Assembly: GCA_016214555.1 (NCBI GenBank)
Contig: JACROF010000014.1
Span: forward strand, 1-45,035
Source of the DNA: Candidatus Levyibacteriota bacterium
GTDB taxonomy: Bacteria > Patescibacteriota > Microgenomatia > Levybacterales > UBA12049
Length of the DNA stretch: 45,035 nucleotides
Reading direction: 5' to 3'
This document shows, piece by piece, positions 44,550 through 45,035 of this stretch (the stretch's first letter is position 1; each line of letters opens with the position of its first letter). The position numbers and the translations under genes were made by a program. The notes beneath the pieces were generated by a model. The model saw only the letters and a list, made by a program, of their open reading frames with translations. It was not told the DNA's origin and made no database searches.

Positions 44550-44933
44550 ATGGCCAACGTCCAAGTTCTCATATTTGTTGAAAGCCGTTATAAGGTAAAT
44601 AGAAAAAAGATTAAAGAAGCGATTTCGGATGTTCTTGACACCAAAGGTGTTACGAGTAGCTGTGAGGTGTCGCTAGCTTTTGTTGGCGATCGCAAGATGC
44701 ATGCTCTCAACAAAAAATTTCGAGGATTTGACAAGACGACAAATATTCTCTCATTTCCTTTATCAGAAGGTTATCAAACACCACTTCCATCAGACAAACT
44801 CCGTTTGGGTGATATTATTATTTCCTATCCTCAGGTAATCAAAGAGGCAGCAGCTGAGGAAGTGATGGTTGATGACAGAATTGATCTTTTAGTGCGTCAT
44901 GGCTTGTTGCATTTACTCGGCGAGCACCATTAA
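44550..44933 (+). CDS. ybeY: rRNA maturation endoribonuclease YbeY
   Basis: LNKKFRG, TNILSFP, LGDIIIS, HGLLHLLGEHH. Confidence 0.95.
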   Translation: MANVQVLIFVESRYKVNRKKIKEAISDVLDTKGVTSSCEVSLAFVGDRKMHALNKKFRGFDKTTNILSFPLSEGYQTPLPSDKLRLGDIIISYPQVIKEAAAEEVMVDDRIDLLVRHGLLHLLGEHH

Positions 44934-45035
44934 AAGTGCAAAGTTTAAATCTAAAATTGCAAAAAACAGAGATTTAAAACAAAACGCACAAGTGATGTCT
45001 GAAATAAATGCCGATATTTTGCATTTTGATTTTTA
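44932..45035. repeat. Probable heptamer-type inverted arms after ybeY (cut by window end)
   Basis: aaaagtgcaaagt ... attttgcattttgatttta. Confidence 0.5.

Overview
AT-rich, densely coded chromosomal segment of a Patescibacteria/CPR bacterium. It looks Microgenomates-like: divergent 16S with short helix 44, short MurF/EF-Ts/ProRS, few Shine-Dalgarno sites; this taxonomy is inferred, not searched. Contents in order: 3' end of a 16S rRNA gene with no 23S following, tRNA-Cys and tRNA-Ile, murF, a divergent pair of beta-carbonic-anhydrase-like genes, folC, a three-gene cohesin-dockerin surface operon, a thymidylate/folate cluster (dcd, tmk, dut-like, HD nucleotidase, thyA, folA, cmk-like, glyA), a four-helix-bundle (IVP/bAvd-like) gene, a block of secreted or membrane proteins, ddl, a Nudix hydrolase, rpsB-tsf-(X)-frr-rseP, oxidative pentose phosphate genes (pgl, zwf, gnd), csaA, proS, a DHH protein, HIT, rpsU and ybeY. 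Main observations: (1) a family of elements built from 7-nt periodic repeats in inverted arms, seen as a full copy enclosing the four-helix-bundle ORF, an internally deleted copy, empty hairpins and in-frame scars in thyA, rseP and gnd; (2) a non-cellulosomal cohesin/X-dockerin adhesin display operon; (3) largely leaderless gene starts, with rpsU alone carrying an 11-nt SD matching this genome's 16S tail; (4) CsoSCA-like/beta-CA pair without carboxysome genes; (5) a hairpin leader that can sequester the tRNA-Cys acceptor stem; (6) an in-frame ~100-aa deletion in glyA that may be an assembly error. All family assignments come from motif reading only; no searches were run.
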